This document shows, piece after piece, positions 58,701 through 64,000 of a stretch of 64,000 nucleotides of DNA. Location of the stretch: contig OZ241832.1 in assembly GCA_965202585.1 (NCBI GenBank), positions 39,618,001 to 39,682,000 of the forward strand. The letters are read 5' to 3'. Numbering within the stretch: position 1 is the stretch's first letter; every line of letters begins with the position of its first letter. This DNA comes from Thalia democratica (Eukaryota). A program made the translations under genes and the position numbers. The notes under the pieces were generated by a model, which was not told the origin of the DNA, ran no database searches, and saw only the letters and a program-made list of their open reading frames with translations.

Positions 58701-60838
58701 TGCTAACGACCTAGTCATATGGCAAATAACAAAAAAAAAAAAACAAAGTAGACGAAGAAATCAGAATGAGTTCTTTTATTTATGTCTATATATTTGTTTT
58801 AAGTAATTTTGTTATGTTACTGTGTTTGTTTTGTATTTTATACGTGCTCAATTTTATGGTAAAACACGCACAGCAAATTTTGGCTGATAGCAGGCCTCTA
58901 ATTACTTAAAATTGTAGGCTATTATTGTCGTTAGCTGTTATGTTTTATTGTTAATGAAAGCTTTAATGTTAATTTTTTAAGAAAGCTACTTCGTATTAAC
59001 TATTATTTTAGATTAATAGCATGTATTTCAGTAGTCGCTAACTTTTAAAATAAATTTCTTAAACAAGAAAATCTGTTCTAATCACACGTTGAATTTTCTA
59101 TTCTAACATAAAACAAAACAATTTTAACTTCAAAAATAAATTATTTGTTTAAAACGCACAAAAAAAAATTTTTTTTTGCCTTATACTCGAGATCTTTAAA
59201 ACTTGTAAAAAAGGTAGTTATTAACTAGTAATTGAACATGTACTAAAACAAAATAAGATTTTACGTTTTATTTATTTGAAAATACAGTAGGCAAGTAATT
59301 TTTAGTTTAGTGGTGGGCAACTATTTTACTCAGCAGGCCAGATATATTTTCTTACTAGAATGAAAATTCAACTCCTCTGACCAAAAACAACATTCACGTA
59401 TTTTAAGCTGTAAGAATTTTATAATGATTGTTGTTCAGATTTTCAATTAAACATTCATCTCAATATTTTGTTGGTGATGTTATTTCAATTCATTAATTAA
59501 TTCTATAATGAGTGTCACAAGGTAAAATTTAAAAACTTTAATTACAATTTAAATTTAGCAACATCGTATTTGATTATTTTACATCAAATACTTTTTATAA
59601 TTTTTAGTAAATATTTGCTTCAGATACTATTTAACATGTTTTTCTCTAATATCTAGTAACTAAAACGTAAAAAGGTTTTACGGATGTTAAAAGAGATATA
59701 TAATAATTAAGACTAAAAAATTCTAATATAATTTTAATAAATAATAAAAAGTCTACGCTTTTAAAGCAACTGTTTAGAGTATTACAAAAATAAACTGTTC
59801 ATATTATTTTACTTAAAATGTTCAAGCAATGCATAACATTTAAAATTAGTAAGATTACACTGTTAAATCGTATAGATTTAAAAATAACTTTAATTATAAA
59901 AGTTTAAAAATACAAAAACGAGTTAATTTAGATTTAAATTAATGTCTAATTTAAAACTGTTCAACTGTTACAGCTAGCATACTTCATACCTGCTATTTCA
60001 ACTTACATCAGAACGTTTTTGCTGTTTAACACAACCATTTACACTTTACTTATTTAGAGGATAAAATGATAAAATAAGCATCGTTTTTGGTTCTTTAAAA
60101 CTTTATATACTGTTTTATCTCGTACTGCTAGAAATATATTTCAAATTTTAATATATGTTTAATCATTTGGAGAAAAGATAACTCATGCTAATTTACATCT
60201 ACATAGAATTCAATAAATAACTACAGAACAATAAAGTTTTTTAACTTAGTGTAGTAAACGTATCTAAAATTCACAAAATTTTAAACATATAATCAAAAAA
60301 ATATAAAATAGTTTAGACAAATGATCAACTTTAATAAGTCAACACTTCAAATAATTTAAACTAACAGTTTATACATAAGTATAAGTTTAACCATGAAAAA
60401 AAAAGTTCTTACAAAAGTCTTTCAAAAGAGCACATATAAATACATTTAATTTTTAGTTTGAAAATATAACATCAACATTCTAAAGAAATATGTAAAAAAT
60501 GATTAGCATTCAATGAGAAGAAAAAGTTAGTTTGAAAAGACAAATAAAAGCGAAGCACCGTTTTTTTTGGAGCATGATTACTAAAAAATGTAAACTATTA
60601 AAAATGTGTACGCTATACTTCAGATGAAACTTTGAAAGAGGTATACGAAACAGTAAAAGCAACACCAAATGAAGTAAGTAGTGCAAACATCTCAGCATTG
60701 TAAATGACAGAAACTTTTTAGTCTTGTTGAAAGAACTAAATGGATATAAGTAGAACAAGATTTATGATGTTATGAGCTAGTTAGTTATCGAACTTTAAAC
60801 TTAAAAATAAACAAAACAAGAGTAAAAACAAAATAAAA

Positions 60839-63789
60839 TTAAGAAAATTGGCGTTTTGTTTTAGAAAATTTTTCAGGGGCAAGCAAAGAACTGACTGTCA
60901 GGTATCCATGGTTACTAGTCAACTCATGGCGGGTCCCCCCGCTTGTAGTGCTGCAGTTTCTTTCTTTTGGAGATTTTTTGACTTCTTTAGTATCTGAAAA
61001 ACAAAAAGTTATTTTACAGTACATAAAATGGTTGGTACTGTTTTTTAGTTTATACGAAAAATTAACTTGATAACTTAGTCATTTAGTACTCTAAATTTTT
61101 ACTTTAATGACTTTAACTTTAATGTAGTAGTTGTGTAACAATTAAGTAATTTGATTTGAGCAGCAACTATTATTCTTAATATAAAATTAAAACTTTTTTT
61201 TACTAATTTGCGTACTTTCATCTTTATCACAAGAGTTGACATCATCTTGAGCATACTCTCGCAAAACAGTAAGTTGATTCTTCCTGTGGTTTTTACGTCG
61301 TTTCTCCAGTGCCTTCCTTACACGGGAGTGTCTGGGTGCGTAAAATTAGTTTTAATAAAAATATGCTTCATTTTAAAGCAAAAACATGTAAAGTTAAGGA
61401 TTGTTAGAGTCTTAAAAAACCTTAGCACACAAGAACACAGATAAAAATTTAATTAAAAAATGTCATTTTAAAACAATAACTACAATCTTTTAATTATAAA
61501 TAAGCTAATTATAAAATTTTGTAAAATAGAGAAAAAAAATAATTTGAAAAATTATGGAACATAACAAACCTCTGAGCGAGCAATGTAGGGTTCATGTAGT
61601 TTGATGGGCTGTACTGAGTGTTTAACAGTGACTTTTCCTGCTGCTTGTCCGACTGAAAACAGTAAAAAGTATAAAATAAAAAACTTATACTTGCACTTGA
61701 AAAATTGTTTAAAAAATTATAAAATGCCCTTTGAAATTAAATTTTTATAAGGCGGTAAAAAAACTTGTTATATTTTTTAAAATAAACTTTTTTATTAACA
61801 TTTACTTCAGTAGTTTTAGAATAGCAAACTAACTTGTTGTAAATTAGTCAGCTTCAGAGGCTTCTTTTTAAAACTACTATGCGATTGAGTGCTTTTTGAG
61901 GAGGTCAAGTTATAACGGTTTTGATTAGATGATTCTAACTGTAGTAAATATAGTAGGAAAATTTTTTTTTTAAATACTTCTGTATCAATTCTTAAAAACT
62001 TAGCTAAGTACAAATGATATTAAACTAAGATATCTTAAGATAACTTAAATGATCAAATTACTATTCCGTTATACATAAAATAATCTATTAAAAGTTGGAA
62101 AAGTCAAACGAAAGCAGCAAAAAACAAAAAATATCTAAAAATATTAAATTCACTAGCAAACGTGATAATTTTTTTTTTTGTTGAGTATGGTTCATGTAGT
62201 ATTTAACTAAAGATGAATTTATTTTTAAAAGCCCATTGCCAAAATAAAATTTAGCACCTAGCAACTAATTTTAGATAAAATAATACTTGTACTGAAGATC
62301 CATTGTAAGACGTGGCTCTGTTTAAAACTGAAGATTCCTTTTCGCTGGTCGCAACCAGGTTGCCGCCATCAACTGAAGGTGGAAACACTTCATTAACTTT
62401 CACCTCTTCACCCACAAACGGTCTAATCTCCACATTGTCTGAATTCGTGGACTTTTCTAGTTCTGAAGGAGAATTTTTTGCCTTTCTTATTTAACTTCAA
62501 ATATAAATCACTAACTCTTTAACACATGATAAAAGTAACGTTTTAAAAACTCATGATGTTTCTAATTCTAAACAATGACATTTCAAACCTGAAAACAACT
62601 TGGCGCTCGCTTTCATTTGCGAGGGGGCCCACCACTTGTCTTTGTTGTTTTTGTGTTTCAGGTAAACATGCTGAAGCAACTGCATCACGGTCGACAGGAA
62701 GCAGAATGTTGAAAACAAAACTTCCATGACAAAAGAACTTTGGTTGGTCAGTTGGGAATATTTTATTTTCTCGCTCACACACAACTTTACTTCTTCCTGG
62801 TAAAAAATAAAAAGTTGTGTTTCTTACACTATTTACTAGTCGTTAAAGGTTTTAGTAATGGTATGTTGGTCATTTATCATTGTTTTGTAAGCTGAATAAA
62901 AAAGTAATATAACAAGTCGTAAAAAATAATATTTAAACAAAACCATATAGTAATAAATAAGAAAAAATTGTGTAAATTTACAAATATTAGTGTTGTTAAC
63001 CTGTTCAATATGTAGCAGTTCGTTGTGTTGATTGCTGAAAGTAGTAGCGACGCTGAAGGCACCGAACACCCACAAAACCACGAGAGTGACGAGCGACAAG
63101 CAGCTTTCATACAACTGGTTGCGTTGCTCTTCCACTTCCTAGCAAGTAAAAACGATTGTTTGTGAAAAATTCAAAATAAAATGGTTGAGTTTATTTATTA
63201 GACGAAAGAATTAAATGTTAATATCAGTAAAACCCTACCTTAATAATAAGCTGGTGTTTAATGTTTTCAAATAAGATCTAAAGATTTGCTAATATCTTGC
63301 ATGTTACAAATATAAAAAAGTATCGTTTTTAAAAACATAGTTCTGAAAGTCAAACTTTGCTAATCAGGTTATACTAAGCTTAAAAGTGAAAAAGAAAATC
63401 TAATGTGTTCATCTACCTTTGTCAATTTTATTGTAATTTTCGTTGCAAGGTTGTTGTGGTTATTGTATGTATTAGACAGTAAGTTGCTGCTGGCATTATC
63501 GAAATTGTCGACGGTTGATTGGTTGCTTGGAAACAATCTGTTACCATGCGAGGATGTACGGCTCATGTTCAAGTTTTTTGAGCTGAGCATCTTGCAATTT
63601 TCACTTCTGCAATCATAAATATTTACAAATAGAAGGTAAACCATGTGCTTGATTAAGCAAACTCACAAATATATAGTGGTTCTGTTCAGAGCTGGTAAGC
63701 ACCTCATCAGCTTGTACAGTGACATCACAACTATGAATGCAGCCGGCATGAAAAAGGCAAACAATGACGTGTTCCATTTCAACCAGCAG
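60839..63789 (-). CDS. ADGRA3: 3' part (ECL2 to C-terminus) of an ADGRA/GPR124-GPR125-type adhesion GPCR: complement(join(60839..60993,61216..61331,61570..61652,62287..62462,62589..62796,63001..63138,63417..63606,63667..63789)); the 5' exons lie beyond the window
   Basis: Eight exons with GT..AG introns and compatible phases. CWLKWNTSLFAFFMPAAFIV resembles ADGRA3 CWMAWEPSLGAFYGPASFI; QLYESCLSLVTLVVLWVFGAFSV resembles QLLGASLTLLLYVALWMFGALAV; the tail NQLTVLREYA resembles SRLTVLREYA. Vertebrate sequences were recalled, not aligned. Orthology to ADGRA3 versus ADGRA1/2 is not resolved. Confidence 0.8.
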
Positions 63790-64000
63790 CTAATAAATGC
63801 AAACGTTTTTCTCAAACACTTATAAAAATTACTACAAGAAAAACATGTTATACTTTAAATCAACTGTTATATAACTCTCTTCCATACTCAAGAGGCTTTA
63901 AAAGTATAACTTATAATATTAAAACACAACAAATATAAAAAGATCTTTTTTTATTTATTTAGTTAATTTACTAAAATGTTCACACACTTTAATGCAATCG

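Noticed and set aside
60620-60712. Possible small exon (plus: DETLKEVYETVKATPNE; minus frame ending SSEV*)
   Set aside because: No in-phase partner exon or convincing acceptor could be linked on either strand.

Overview
Very AT-rich eukaryotic (animal) genomic DNA. The composition and transposon content resemble a hydrozoan such as Hydra, but that is inference only. Bases 1 to about 38,600 are a tandem and inverted array of ten intronless histone H3 genes: six on the minus strand and four on the plus strand, one of them frameshifted. An eleventh copy probably lies just off the left edge. I found no H4, H2A, H2B or H1 between them. No copy is canonical H3 and all ten differ from each other, mostly at residues next to modified lysines and at the H3-H3' interface. 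None has a histone stem-loop, and 8 of 10 have AATAAA about 110-145 nt after the stop. Most full-length repeat units (about 3.8 kb in the minus block, about 5 kb in the plus block) carry a decayed Penelope-like RT interrupted by a Mutator-like MITE, and one unit has a nested hAT/Buster derivative with an intact 8-bp TSD. The right part holds a six-exon multi-zinc-finger gene (minus strand, about 1015 aa) with a strong 3' GC/CpG gradient, several MITEs, a decayed RTE-type LINE, and the last eight exons of an ADGRA (GPR124/GPR125)-type adhesion GPCR. All alignments, splice models and family assignments were made by eye.
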